DNA of 32,000 bases, taken from positions 150,001 to 182,000 of the forward strand of contig NZ_AP014945.1 in NCBI RefSeq assembly GCF_001548275.1, given 5' to 3'. The position numbers and the translations under genes were made by a program. This document shows, piece after piece, positions 8,103 through 16,591 of the stretch (the stretch's first letter is position 1; every line of letters starts with the position of its first letter). This DNA comes from Caldimicrobium thiodismutans. Lineage in GTDB: Bacteria; Desulfobacterota; Thermodesulfobacteria; Thermodesulfobacteriales; Thermodesulfobacteriaceae. Below the pieces are notes generated by a model. That model saw only the letters and a list, made by a program, of their open reading frames with translations, ran no database searches and was not told the DNA's origin.

Positions 8103-8438
8103 CTACCCCTCCTTTTTAAAATTTTCGGAATTTTGAGTTTTATCTTTAAAATATGGGCTTTTAATAAGGTTTTTATAGAGATAATCTCCCAGACCTCTTG
8201 GGCGGCCTGAGACTGCCCGTCCCACCTCTTGATAGAGATAATCCTGAAAAATCTTTTTCTCAAGGCTTTCAGGAAAGAAACCACTTTTAAAGGTAGTATT
8301 ATCAAGTCCTTTGAGTATTTCATACCAGAGGAGGGATTCAAACTCCCTTGTTAATTTTTTTAAAGCAAGCTTAGGGTCTTTTTGGGCTATGGCTTTAATA
8401 TTTTGTAAGCTTTGAAAATTTAAGCCATAATTTTCCAT
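8103..8438 (-). CDS. Rod-binding protein (FlgJ N-terminal domain only, no muramidase domain)
   Basis: 111 aa. TREFESLLWYEILKGL resembles the rod-binding domain motif (..FEalflqqmlksm..). It lies between flgI and flgN. SD GAGGGGAAGGGA precedes the ATG. Confidence 0.7.
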   Translation of the reverse strand: MENYGLNFQSLQNIKAIAQKDPKLALKKLTREFESLLWYEILKGLDNTTFKSGFFPESLEKKIFQDYLYQEVGRAVSGRPRGLGDYLYKNLIKSPYFKDKTQNSENFKKEG

Positions 8439-8450
8439 TCCCTTCCCCTC

Positions 8451-9551
8451 TTAAATGATAATCAGATCGGCGTGCAGAGCCCCTGCAGACTTTATAGCCT
8501 GCAAGATGGCAATAAGCTCTCTTGAGGTTGCGCCAACTGCATTCAGAGCCCTTATTAATTCTCCTAAGGTAGCACTTTCTTCAAGGACAACGATCTTAGC
8601 CTTTTCCTCTCTGGCAGTCACTTCAGTTCTCGGAACAATTGCGGTTTCACCTCTCCCAAAGGGGAGGGGTTGAACCACTTCAGGGGCCTCTTTAATAGTT
8701 ACACTTAGATTACCATGTGCTACTGCAACCTTTGATATTCTCACATTCTCTCCCATTATTACGGTTCCTGTCTTTTCATCAATCACCACTCTTGCAGGTA
8801 GATCAGGTCTTACCTCAAGTTTCCCAATTTCTCCCAAAAGGGCTACTACTCTTCCTCTGTATTTTTCAGGCACCTTCAATTCAATATTTTTCAGGTCGGC
8901 TGGTGTAGCAAATTTTCCCCTGAGATAGGAATTTATAGCCTCTGCAACCTCAGAGGTTGTTGAGAAGTCATCTGTTTTCAATGAGATCAAGATGGAACTC
9001 TGAGAATTAATATCTTCCATGGGGACTTCTCTTTCAACAATGGCTCCATTGGGAATTTTGCCAGCAGTTGGATGATTAACCTGAGTTTGTGCTCCGGCCC
9101 CTCCTGCTGCAAAACCTCCGATTGAGACCGGACCCTGAGCAAGGGCATAGACCCTTCCATCTGGCCCAGTTAAGGGAGTCATAAGAAGAGTCCCTCCCTG
9201 AAGATTTTTGGCATCTCCAAGGGCTGAGACCTCTACATCTATCTTTTGACCAGGTTTAGCATAAGGGGGCAGATAGGCGGTAACTAAAACAGCAGCTACA
9301 TTTTTTAGCTTTACCTGTTCCTTTTGAACCCTTATGCCAAATTTTTCAAGCATATTCACCACAGACTGGACGGTAAACTTGGTTTGATCCCCATCTCCTG
9401 TGCCCTTAAGACCTACTACCAACCCATAACCCACAAGATAATTCCCTCTTACACCTTCAACATCCATAATATCCTTCAAGCGCACAGCCTGAGCCTTAAG
9501 GGTAAAAGTGAAAAAAAGAACAATTAAAAAAATCTTTTTTAAACACCGCAT
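8451..9551 (-). CDS. flgI: Flagellar P-ring protein FlgI
   Basis: Strong FlgI similarity (RLKDIxxVEGVRxNxLVGYGLVVGLxGTGD ... GALHAxLIII). The start is placed at ATG 9551 (MRCLKKIFLIVLFFTFTLKAQA signal peptide, GGGGG SD) rather than the track start at 9575. Confidence 0.93.
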   Translation of the reverse strand: MRCLKKIFLIVLFFTFTLKAQAVRLKDIMDVEGVRGNYLVGYGLVVGLKGTGDGDQTKFTVQSVVNMLEKFGIRVQKEQVKLKNVAAVLVTAYLPPYAKPGQKIDVEVSALGDAKNLQGGTLLMTPLTGPDGRVYALAQGPVSIGGFAAGGAGAQTQVNHPTAGKIPNGAIVEREVPMEDINSQSSILISLKTDDFSTTSEVAEAINSYLRGKFATPADLKNIELKVPEKYRGRVVALLGEIGKLEVRPDLPARVVIDEKTGTVIMGENVRISKVAVAHGNLSVTIKEAPEVVQPLPFGRGETAIVPRTEVTAREEKAKIVVLEESATLGELIRALNAVGATSRELIAILQAIKSAGALHADLIII

Positions 9552-9562
9552 CTTTAAACCCC

Positions 9563-10276
9563 CTAAAATAACCAAAAGAGTTGAAGTAGTCTGGTTATAA
9601 TGCCAGGGCCACTGGCAGCCTCGCTGTTTGGTCCTTTCCCGCTATATTCCACATAGAGGTCTGAAAGTTTAGTGGACTCAATAGAATTATCAGAACTTAT
9701 GTCCTGAGGTCTTGCAATACCTGTGATGGTAATGTATTCAAGGTCTCTATTTCTTTTAATGGATCTTACCCCCTGAATAACGAGATTTCCATTGGGTAAG
9801 ACCTCAACCACTCTGGCAGAAATGGTAGCAAGGATTCTACTATCCCTCTGAACCTGTCCCTGACCAGAGGTTGAAGAAGATAAACTTCCATCAACCAGAT
9901 GGGCAGGATCAAAACCAGAAGGAAGCGGTAAGGTTTTTTGAAACTGGTTTTCATAACCAAAAAGTTTATTAATTCCTGCTTTTATGGAACTTGATTTGCT
10001 TGAGCCCTGTTTCACATTATTTGAGCTCTGATAGGTCTCAATAATCTTTATAGTAATGAGGTCTCCAACAAATCTTGCCCGATTATCTGCAAAGGCAAAT
10101 AGAGAGGAGCTTTCTCTAAAAAGGGAGCCTTTGCTCTGATTTAGAGGCATAACTGGTTCAGGAATACTTACCTTTGGAGGCGGAGGTGGAGGAGGCGGGG
10201 TCTTTGGATCAAACTCCCAGCAGGCACTCAATCCAAATAAGAGAAGAATTCCAAAGCTTAATTTAAAAGCCTTCAT
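9563..10276 (-). CDS. flgH: Flagellar L-ring lipoprotein FlgH
   Basis: 237 aa. Lipobox LFGLSAC. FlgH core (GDLITIKIxE..., LVIQGxRxIxxNxxxxxITxxGIxRPxDI). Contains a run of 8 Pro after the lipobox. Confidence 0.9.
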   Translation of the reverse strand: MKAFKLSFGILLLFGLSACWEFDPKTPPPPPPPPKVSIPEPVMPLNQSKGSLFRESSSLFAFADNRARFVGDLITIKIIETYQSSNNVKQGSSKSSSIKAGINKLFGYENQFQKTLPLPSGFDPAHLVDGSLSSSTSGQGQVQRDSRILATISARVVEVLPNGNLVIQGVRSIKRNRDLEYITITGIARPQDISSDNSIESTKLSDLYVEYSGKGPNSEAASGPGIITRLLQLFWLF

Positions 10277-10977
10277 CAGAAGGTCACCTCCACTTGGCCT
10301 TCACTAATTACCTTAGCCTGAATTACTCTGTTGCTACTTTTATTTCTTACCCTTATAAATTCATCAAGTCTCCCATTTTCCAGGGCAATCCCCTTGGCCT
10401 TTATTTCAAAGTTTTGTCCCTTGGCAAGAATTTCAACTTCTTGATTTCTTTTAACCAGAAGGGGCTCTCTGAGGTGAGAGGCCCTTAAGACCGTTCCTGC
10501 ACTAATTCCCATTCTGAGCTCTTTACCCAGAGCTTCTTCTTTATTCAAAATTACATCATGGGGCAGGCGAGATAGTTCCCTTGCTTCAAAGGCCAAATCC
10601 TCATCTTTGAGGATACTTTTACTGGAAAGGTTATTTTTCAAAATCAAAACAGGCATCCTGACCTCAATGAACCCCCAGAGCCTGATAATTTGACTTGTCC
10701 CCCCCTTGGGATTAAAGACAAGAACTGCAGAATTAGAACCAGCCCGAGGAGTCCCTGTCCATTCCACTTTAAAAGGGGAATTTTTAGGGATCTTTATATC
10801 CCGGGGCTCAAATCTAAAGCGTTCAAGGGTAATTTCTCCTCGTAGATACTTAGCCCTGAGCTTAAACTCTTTGAGAAAGAGCTCTCTTAAATCTCCTTCT
10901 TCATAATAGGAAGAAGCCAAACTATTATTTGTAAAAAGGATTAGCCAGAAAGTTAAGAGCCAAAGGAGTTTCCTCAT
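10276..10977 (-). CDS. flgA: Flagellar P-ring assembly chaperone FlgA
   Basis: 233 aa with an N-terminal signal peptide. The C-terminal block GIALENGRLDEFIRVRNKSSNRVIQAKVISEGQVEV is typical of FlgA. It lies between flgG and flgH. Confidence 0.8.
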   Translation of the reverse strand: MRKLLWLLTFWLILFTNNSLASSYYEEGDLRELFLKEFKLRAKYLRGEITLERFRFEPRDIKIPKNSPFKVEWTGTPRAGSNSAVLVFNPKGGTSQIIRLWGFIEVRMPVLILKNNLSSKSILKDEDLAFEARELSRLPHDVILNKEEALGKELRMGISAGTVLRASHLREPLLVKRNQEVEILAKGQNFEIKAKGIALENGRLDEFIRVRNKSSNRVIQAKVISEGQVEVTF

Positions 10978-10980
10978 GGC

Positions 10981-11763
10981 TTACCTCTTAAGATTATTGG
11001 CCATCTCTAAGAGCTGATCTGCAGTTAAAACCCCTTTGGAATTGGACTCATAGGCCCTCTGAGTAATAATCATCTTTACCATCTCCTCAACGATATCCAC
11101 ATTGGACATCTCAAGATACCCTTGAGCAATGGTTCCAAAGCCATTTTGTCCGGGATTTCCCTCAATTACATCTCCAGCAGCAGGGGTTGCTCTGAAAAGA
11201 TTTCTTCCCACTGCATAAAGGCCTGCTGGATTGGGGAAATCGTATATGAGGAGCTGGGCCTGAGCTAAGGTATTACCATTCTGGTCAAGGGCAGTTATTA
11301 CACCATCCTGAGTCACCTCAATACGAGCGGTGCCTGTGGGCACAGCAAACTCAGGCTGAAGCCTTGCTCCATCCGGGGTAACAATATAACCATCTCTATC
11401 CAGTTTGAAATTTCCTGCCCGTGTGTAAAACTCTTCTCCTCCCATAACCACTCTAAAAAAGCCCCTTCCCTCAATGGCAAGGTCAAGCTCTTGATTGGTT
11501 AGCTGATATTCTCCCTGGGTAAAGAGCTTTGAAACCGCAACAGGTCTTACCCCAAGGCCAACCTGCATACCAACTGGCACCTGAACTCCATCTGCTGTCA
11601 GGGCTCCAGCAAGCTTTAAATTCTGATAAAAGAGGTCTTCAAATTCTACCCGGCTTTTTTTAAATCCTGGGGTATTCACATTGGAGAGATTGTTAGCAAT
11701 AGTATCCAGTTGAAGCTGTTGAGCCTGCATGCCTGTTGCTGCACTCCAGAGTCCTCTGATCAT
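10981..11763 (-). CDS. flgG: Flagellar distal rod protein FlgG
   Basis: The start is placed at ATG 11763 (MIRGLWSAATGM), preceded by a perfect SD AAGGAGGT, giving 260 aa. The NNLSNVNTPGFK motif and the C-terminal YLEMSNVDIVEEMVKMIITQRAYE are canonical. Confidence 0.93.
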   Translation of the reverse strand: MIRGLWSAATGMQAQQLQLDTIANNLSNVNTPGFKKSRVEFEDLFYQNLKLAGALTADGVQVPVGMQVGLGVRPVAVSKLFTQGEYQLTNQELDLAIEGRGFFRVVMGGEEFYTRAGNFKLDRDGYIVTPDGARLQPEFAVPTGTARIEVTQDGVITALDQNGNTLAQAQLLIYDFPNPAGLYAVGRNLFRATPAAGDVIEGNPGQNGFGTIAQGYLEMSNVDIVEEMVKMIITQRAYESNSKGVLTADQLLEMANNLKR

Positions 11764-11767
11764 CTTT

Positions 11768-12538
11768 TTACCTCCTTGCAGTTTCAATTAATTTCTCTGA
11801 GGCCTCATCAAGCCCTCTAATTGTTCTTTGCACTGATTCAAAGGTCCTTTGGATCTCAATTAGGTTCACCATCTCTTTAATAGGATTCACATTGGACTTT
11901 TCCACAAAGCCCTGCCTGACCTCATAATTTAGAGGCATCATTTCCTGAGCTCCCTCTGAGATATAGAGGTTTTCTCCAAGCTTTTTCAGTTTGCTGAAAT
12001 CATCAAAGGTAACTACATCAAGCCTTGCAATCTCAGTTCCATCAATAGATAGAAGTCCGTCAGGAGAAACTCTTAATTTCAAATTTTCCATGGTAACAAG
12101 GCCTTCTGCAGCCATTCCAGGATCAATAATCACAGGGGCTCCATTGGCAAGAACTGGATAACCTTGTGGCGTAACAAGTCGTCTCTCTGCATCAAGGGTA
12201 AAGTTTCCAGCTCTTGTGTAAGCTATGCCTTGAGGGGTCTGCACTTTAAAAAAGCCCTCTCCCACTATGGAAAAATGTAAGGGATTGTGAGTGGGTTCAA
12301 GGAAACCCTGCTCTGAGTTCAGATAAGGCACAGTCTCTTTAAAGGCTTTCTGATATTTTGGGCCAATTTTTTTCATCAAAACCTCTCTAAAGGTAAGCCC
12401 ATCCGCCTTAAACCCAGGGGTATCCACATTGGCAAGATTATTGGCAGAGGCAGTAAATTTTCTCTCAAGAAGCTGAGCTGATTCAAGAGCCTCAAGAAGT
12501 CCCACCTGGGGATTAATCCTCAGTCCCGCCATCGCCAT
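11768..12538 (-). CDS. flgF: Flagellar proximal rod protein FlgF (FlgG paralog)
   Basis: ANNLANVDTPGFK and the C-terminal FVEKSNVNPIKEMVNLIEIQRTFE are rod-family motifs. The start is ambiguous between ATG 12538 and ATG 12532. SD AGGAGGT at 12542-12548 fits 12532 better. Confidence 0.8.
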   Translation of the reverse strand: MAMAGLRINPQVGLLEALESAQLLERKFTASANNLANVDTPGFKADGLTFREVLMKKIGPKYQKAFKETVPYLNSEQGFLEPTHNPLHFSIVGEGFFKVQTPQGIAYTRAGNFTLDAERRLVTPQGYPVLANGAPVIIDPGMAAEGLVTMENLKLRVSPDGLLSIDGTEIARLDVVTFDDFSKLKKLGENLYISEGAQEMMPLNYEVRQGFVEKSNVNPIKEMVNLIEIQRTFESVQRTIRGLDEASEKLIETARR

Positions 12539-12558
12539 TACCTCCTGATAAAAATATA

Positions 12559-12574
12559 TCAAAAAGTATGCCAG
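12559..12574 (-). promoter_or_regulatory. Candidate sigma54 (-24/-12) promoter for the flgF operon
   Basis: The minus strand reads TGGCATACTTTTTGAT. The -24 TGGCA box and spacing match TGGCAC-N5-TTGC, but the -12 box is TTGA rather than TTGC. It sits about 20 nt upstream of the flgF SD. Confidence 0.3.
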
Positions 12575-12631
12575 AATCTGTTTCCTGGACCTGGCTTTTA
12601 AAAGGAAGTTCCAGAGGAAAATTCTTCAGAC

Positions 12632-12675
12632 CTTAAAAAGGAGAGGAAATTTTTTCCCATGTCAAAAAATTGACC
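12632..12675 (-). terminator. Possible weak terminator hairpins after the heptosyltransferase gene
   Basis: On the minus strand, GTCAA-tttt-TTGAC comes right after the stop. GGAAA-aaa-TTTCC follows, then CTCCTTTTT. Both stems are short and AT-rich. Confidence 0.3.
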
Positions 12676-12676
12676 T

Positions 12677-13690
12677 TTAGGATAAGAGTTCTTTTAATTT
12701 TGTCCAGACTTTTTCAGGGCTGAGTCCTTGCATGCAGGTAAGGGTAAGGCATCTGCGTTTGAAACAGGGGACACAGGAGAGCTTTTCCTGTATGACAAAG
12801 GAGTTTTTACTCCAGGGACCAGTTCTCTGGGGAGAGGTTGGGCCAAAGAGGGCAAGAATAGGTCTATTTAAAAGACTGGCAAGGTGCATAGTTCCTGTAT
12901 CAACAGAGACAATAAACTCGGCCCTTTTTATTAAAAAAACAACCTCTTTTAAGGAGAGTTTCCCTATTAAGGAGAAGACTCCTGAAAAGGACTTCTCCAT
13001 CTCTTCAGCCCAGATTTTGATTTCCCTTTCTTTTTCACTTCCAATAAAATAGAAATCATATTTTTTCCTGAGCTCGGAGGAAAGTTCAAGGAAGGATTTC
13101 CAATGTGCAAAGGGCCAGAGTTTTGTTTCCCATCTTGCCCCGGGAATGAGAATTAAATAGGGCCTTTTAGTCTCAAGAGTAGGTTTATGCTCTACAAGAG
13201 GATGATGATAAAGGATTTCATCTTCTGGAAATGAAAAGGAGACTTCAGGTGTCAAAAAATTAACAGTATTTTTTACTAATAGGAGATAACGCTTGACAGC
13301 ATGAAGCTCTGGATCAAAGGGTGGAAACTTGACATTATAAAAAAGGGGGCTTCCCTCTCTGTGATTGGAAAAACCTATTTTATATTTGGATTTAGCAAAA
13401 AAGGTAAGTATACCGCTTTTTAAAAGCCCTTGAAAATCAATAATTGCTGTGTATTGGGTTTTTCGAAGATTTCGTATGAAGGAAAAAAACTTGCCTGGGT
13501 TTTTAAAGAAGACCTTTTTAAAAAAGAAGACCCTTCTTAAATAGGGATGGTCAAGGAGAAGTTCTCCATTTCTCTCCTCTACTATCCAGTCAATTTCTGC
13601 CTCTGGGTAGACCCTTTTAAGTAGATTAAGGGCAGGTAAGGTCTGAATAACATCTCCAAGGGCTGAGAGTTTTACAATGAGGAATTGCAA
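12677..13690 (-). CDS. Glycosyltransferase family 9 (ADP-heptose:LPS heptosyltransferase)
   Basis: 337 aa. N-terminal IVKLSALGDVIQTLPAL and C-terminal VSVDTGTMHLASLLNRPILALFGPTSP are GT9 hallmarks. TTG start lies 2 nt after the gmhB stop. Confidence 0.85.
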   Translation of the reverse strand: MQFLIVKLSALGDVIQTLPALNLLKRVYPEAEIDWIVEERNGELLLDHPYLRRVFFFKKVFFKNPGKFFSFIRNLRKTQYTAIIDFQGLLKSGILTFFAKSKYKIGFSNHREGSPLFYNVKFPPFDPELHAVKRYLLLVKNTVNFLTPEVSFSFPEDEILYHHPLVEHKPTLETKRPYLILIPGARWETKLWPFAHWKSFLELSSELRKKYDFYFIGSEKEREIKIWAEEMEKSFSGVFSLIGKLSLKEVVFLIKRAEFIVSVDTGTMHLASLLNRPILALFGPTSPQRTGPWSKNSFVIQEKLSCVPCFKRRCLTLTCMQGLSPEKVWTKLKELLS

Positions 13691-13692
13691 TT

Positions 13693-14253
13693 CTAAATCT
13701 GACTATCCTTCAGAATAAATTCTGCAGCTTCCACAAGGTTTTGGGCAATAAAATAAGGCCTAAAGTCCTTCTTAGGAAGAAGATATTGAGCCTCTCCCCT
13801 TCCATAGCCTGTAAGGACAAGAATACCCTTTAAGCCTGCTCTTAAGGCAAGTTCCACATCAATAAGTCTATCCCCGATTACATAAGATTTTTCTCGCAGG
13901 ATAGGATATTTAGCAAAGGCCTTTTCAAGAAGACCTGTATTGGGTTTTCTGCAGGAACATTTTTCCTCTGGGTGATGAAGGCAGACAAAAAATTCCTCTA
14001 CATTTACACCTGAACGCTGAAGTCTTTTCTGGATCTCGTCATGAATCCTATCCACAAGCTCAGCAGGAAAATATCCTCTGGCAGGACCACTCTGATTGGT
14101 GACAACAAAAAGTTTAAACCCTGCTGACTGCAAAAGCTTTAAGGCCTGAGGAACCCCTTTTAAGATTCTAAGCCTGCTTAAGTGATTAAGATACCCTACC
14201 TCTTCATTAATAGTTCCATCTCGGTCAAGAAAGATAGCTGGATATTTTGTCAA
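13693..14253 (-). CDS. gmhB: D-glycero-D-manno-heptose 1,7-bisphosphate phosphatase (HAD-IIIA)
   Basis: 186 aa. Contains FLDRDGTIN, VVTNQSG and the Zn-binding CLHHPEEKCSCRKP motif. Confidence 0.85.
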   Translation of the reverse strand: MTKYPAIFLDRDGTINEEVGYLNHLSRLRILKGVPQALKLLQSAGFKLFVVTNQSGPARGYFPAELVDRIHDEIQKRLQRSGVNVEEFFVCLHHPEEKCSCRKPNTGLLEKAFAKYPILREKSYVIGDRLIDVELALRAGLKGILVLTGYGRGEAQYLLPKKDFRPYFIAQNLVEAAEFILKDSQI

Positions 14254-14258
14254 TTTCC

Positions 14259-15719
14259 TTAGCTCCCTTGAATATTAAACTTATACTCCCAGGGCCATAA
14301 GTCTCGATTAGATTTTATAATAGATTTAAAATTAAATCTCTTTTCAAGCTCTTCAAGATGGAAGATCTCTTCTCCAATTATTTCTGTAAGGTTTGGATGA
14401 ACCTCAATCACAAGGGTTTTATTTTTTAGATGAATCCCCATCTTTAAAATTCGTCTTAAGAGGTCGTAATAAATGGTGCGTCTGCTTTTGATTCTTCCCT
14501 CTCCTGCGCAGAGGGGACAGGTTTCATAAAAGACCTCGTAAAGAGAGTCTCTTCGGCGTTCTCTGGTCATCTGAAGAAGCCCAAAGTCTGATATGGGAAG
14601 AAAGCTGTGTTTGGCCTTATCCTTTTTAAGGGCATTCTTGAGGGTCTCAAGAACTAATTCCTGATGATCAGGATTGTCCATATCAATAAAGTCAATAACT
14701 ATCAGGCCTCCGATGTTTCTCAATCTAAGCTGGCTGGCAATCTCCTGAGCTGCTTCTAAATTTGTCTTTAAAATAGTCTCCTCAAGTTCAGATTCCCCCA
14801 CAAATCTTCCAGTATTTACATCAATGGCGGTGAAGGCCTCGCAGGGCTCTATCACAATAAATCCCCCTGATTTTAGCCAGACCTTTCTTGCAAGAAGCTT
14901 TTTAACATCTGTCTGAAAACCATAAGTATAAAAGAGATCTTCATTACCCTCAAAAAGTTCAAGCCTTGAAAGAAAATCTGGAAAATATCTTTCCAGAAAG
15001 TCCCGTAGTTTCTGATAAAACTCCAGATCATCCACCAGAATAGTTGAGATCTCTTTAGTAAAAAGATCCCGGATGGAACGAAAGGCAATATTGAGTTCCT
15101 CATAGAGTAAAGCAGGGGCTTTAACTTTCATGGCCCTTTCTTTTATATCTTCCCAGAGGCAGAGCAAAAACTCAATCTCTCTTTTTAAGGAGTTTTCATC
15201 CGCTTCAACAGCTGCAGTGCGTATGATCCACCCTGTGTGGGGAGGTCGTAATCTTTCAACCATCTCCCTGAGATTGCGTCTTAAAACTTCTTCTTTAATC
15301 TTTCTTGAGATACCTATATGATGAAAATAGGGAAGATAGACAAGATAGTGGCCAGGAAGAGTGAGATTTGTAGAAATTCTTGCCCCTTTATGTCCAAGGG
15401 GCTCTTTAATGACTTGAACAAGGATCTCTTTGCCTTCCTTAAGGATTTCCTGGGGACTAATAGGGGTTACTTCCCGATCCCATTCAATATCCTCAGGGGG
15501 GATTAAGTCATCTCCGAAGAGAAAGGCTGTTCTCTCAAGCCCAAGATCAACAAAGGCAGAATTTATCCCCGGGACAACTCTTACAATCTTACCTTTATAA
15601 ATATTGCCTACAAGCCCTTTTTCAGATGGTCGTTCCACATAGTATTCAACTAAGGACTGATCTTCAATCAGCCCAACCCGGATTTCAAAGGGGGTATAAC
15701 TTATGAGAAGTTTTCCCAT
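14259..15719 (-). CDS. rng: Ribonuclease G/E family endoribonuclease
   Basis: 486 aa. N-terminal S1-like domain (GNIYKGKIVRVVPGINSAFVDLG). The catalytic core has AIDVNTGRF and LRNIGGLIVIDFIDM. Confidence 0.9.
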   Translation of the reverse strand: MGKLLISYTPFEIRVGLIEDQSLVEYYVERPSEKGLVGNIYKGKIVRVVPGINSAFVDLGLERTAFLFGDDLIPPEDIEWDREVTPISPQEILKEGKEILVQVIKEPLGHKGARISTNLTLPGHYLVYLPYFHHIGISRKIKEEVLRRNLREMVERLRPPHTGWIIRTAAVEADENSLKREIEFLLCLWEDIKERAMKVKAPALLYEELNIAFRSIRDLFTKEISTILVDDLEFYQKLRDFLERYFPDFLSRLELFEGNEDLFYTYGFQTDVKKLLARKVWLKSGGFIVIEPCEAFTAIDVNTGRFVGESELEETILKTNLEAAQEIASQLRLRNIGGLIVIDFIDMDNPDHQELVLETLKNALKKDKAKHSFLPISDFGLLQMTRERRRDSLYEVFYETCPLCAGEGRIKSRRTIYYDLLRRILKMGIHLKNKTLVIEVHPNLTEIIGEEIFHLEELEKRFNFKSIIKSNRDLWPWEYKFNIQGS

Positions 15720-15721
15720 TT

Positions 15722-16591
15722 TTAAATTCGCTTTAGAAATTCCACGACCAATTTTGTTAGCCTTTTTTCAGCCCTTTGAGCTTCTGCAACAACATCTTCA
15801 AAAAGAATGGGTTGAAAATTATCGGGATTATTTACATTAGCAATAACAGAAACACCAAGAACCTTGAGTCCAGCATGGATTGCAACTATAACCTCAGGCA
15901 CTGTTGACATACCTACTGCATCTGCTCCAATCATTCTCAAAAATTTTGTCTCTGCTGGTGTTTCAAGGCTTGGTCCAGGGACTGCTACATAGACCCCCTC
16001 TTGAAGTTCTTCCCCGAGTGCCCTGGCAGTGTCTTTAAATAAATTCCTGAGATCCTGCGCATAGGGACAGGAAAGGTCTGGAAATCTCGGCCCAAGCTCT
16101 TCATAGTTAATTCCCCTTAAGGGATTATCGGGAATGAGGTTTATATGGTCTTTAATAAGCATTAGATCCCCAGCTCTAAAGGAGAGATTTAGTCCTCCTG
16201 CAGCATTGGAGACAAGGTAGATGGTGGGTTTAAATAGAGTAAGCACTCGCAGTGGAAAGGTAAGCTCCTTAGCGGAGTAGCCTTCATAATAGTGAAATCT
16301 TCCCCTTAAAAGGACTACCTTTTTATTGGAAAGCCTTCCAAAGATAAGTTCTCCCGCATGGGTTTCCACAGTGGATTGGGGAAAGTTAGGAATCTCTGCG
16401 TAGGGCATAATCCATTCTTTTTCAACAGCTTCGGAAAGATTTGATAAGCCTGTCCCAAGGGTGATAACAATTTCAGGATGAAAGGGAACTTGCTCCTTTA
16501 AAAAAGAAAAGGTCTCAAAGAGCCTTTTATAATAGAGGTCCTGCATCTTCTGTTCCCAGAAGGGTGGTAAGCTTAAATCGTCCTGCCTCAT
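15722..16591 (-). CDS. punA: Purine nucleoside phosphorylase (trimeric PNP/PunA type)
   Basis: HAGELIFGRLSNKKVVLLRGRFHYYEGY and GADAVGMSTVPEVIVAIHAGLKVLG match PunA-type PNPs. The start is uncertain, either ATG 16591 or ATG 16546. Both overlap the pnp 3' end. Confidence 0.85.
   Translation of the reverse strand: MRQDDLSLPPFWEQKMQDLYYKRLFETFSFLKEQVPFHPEIVITLGTGLSNLSEAVEKEWIMPYAEIPNFPQSTVETHAGELIFGRLSNKKVVLLRGRFHYYEGYSAKELTFPLRVLTLFKPTIYLVSNAAGGLNLSFRAGDLMLIKDHINLIPDNPLRGINYEELGPRFPDLSCPYAQDLRNLFKDTARALGEELQEGVYVAVPGPSLETPAETKFLRMIGADAVGMSTVPEVIVAIHAGLKVLGVSVIANVNNPDNFQPILFEDVVAEAQRAEKRLTKLVVEFLKRI

Noticed and set aside
8093-8341. 82-aa minus-strand ORF overlapping the rod-binding protein gene in another frame
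   Set aside because: The alternative frame at 8103-8438 carries the rod-binding motif and a good SD. This frame has neither.
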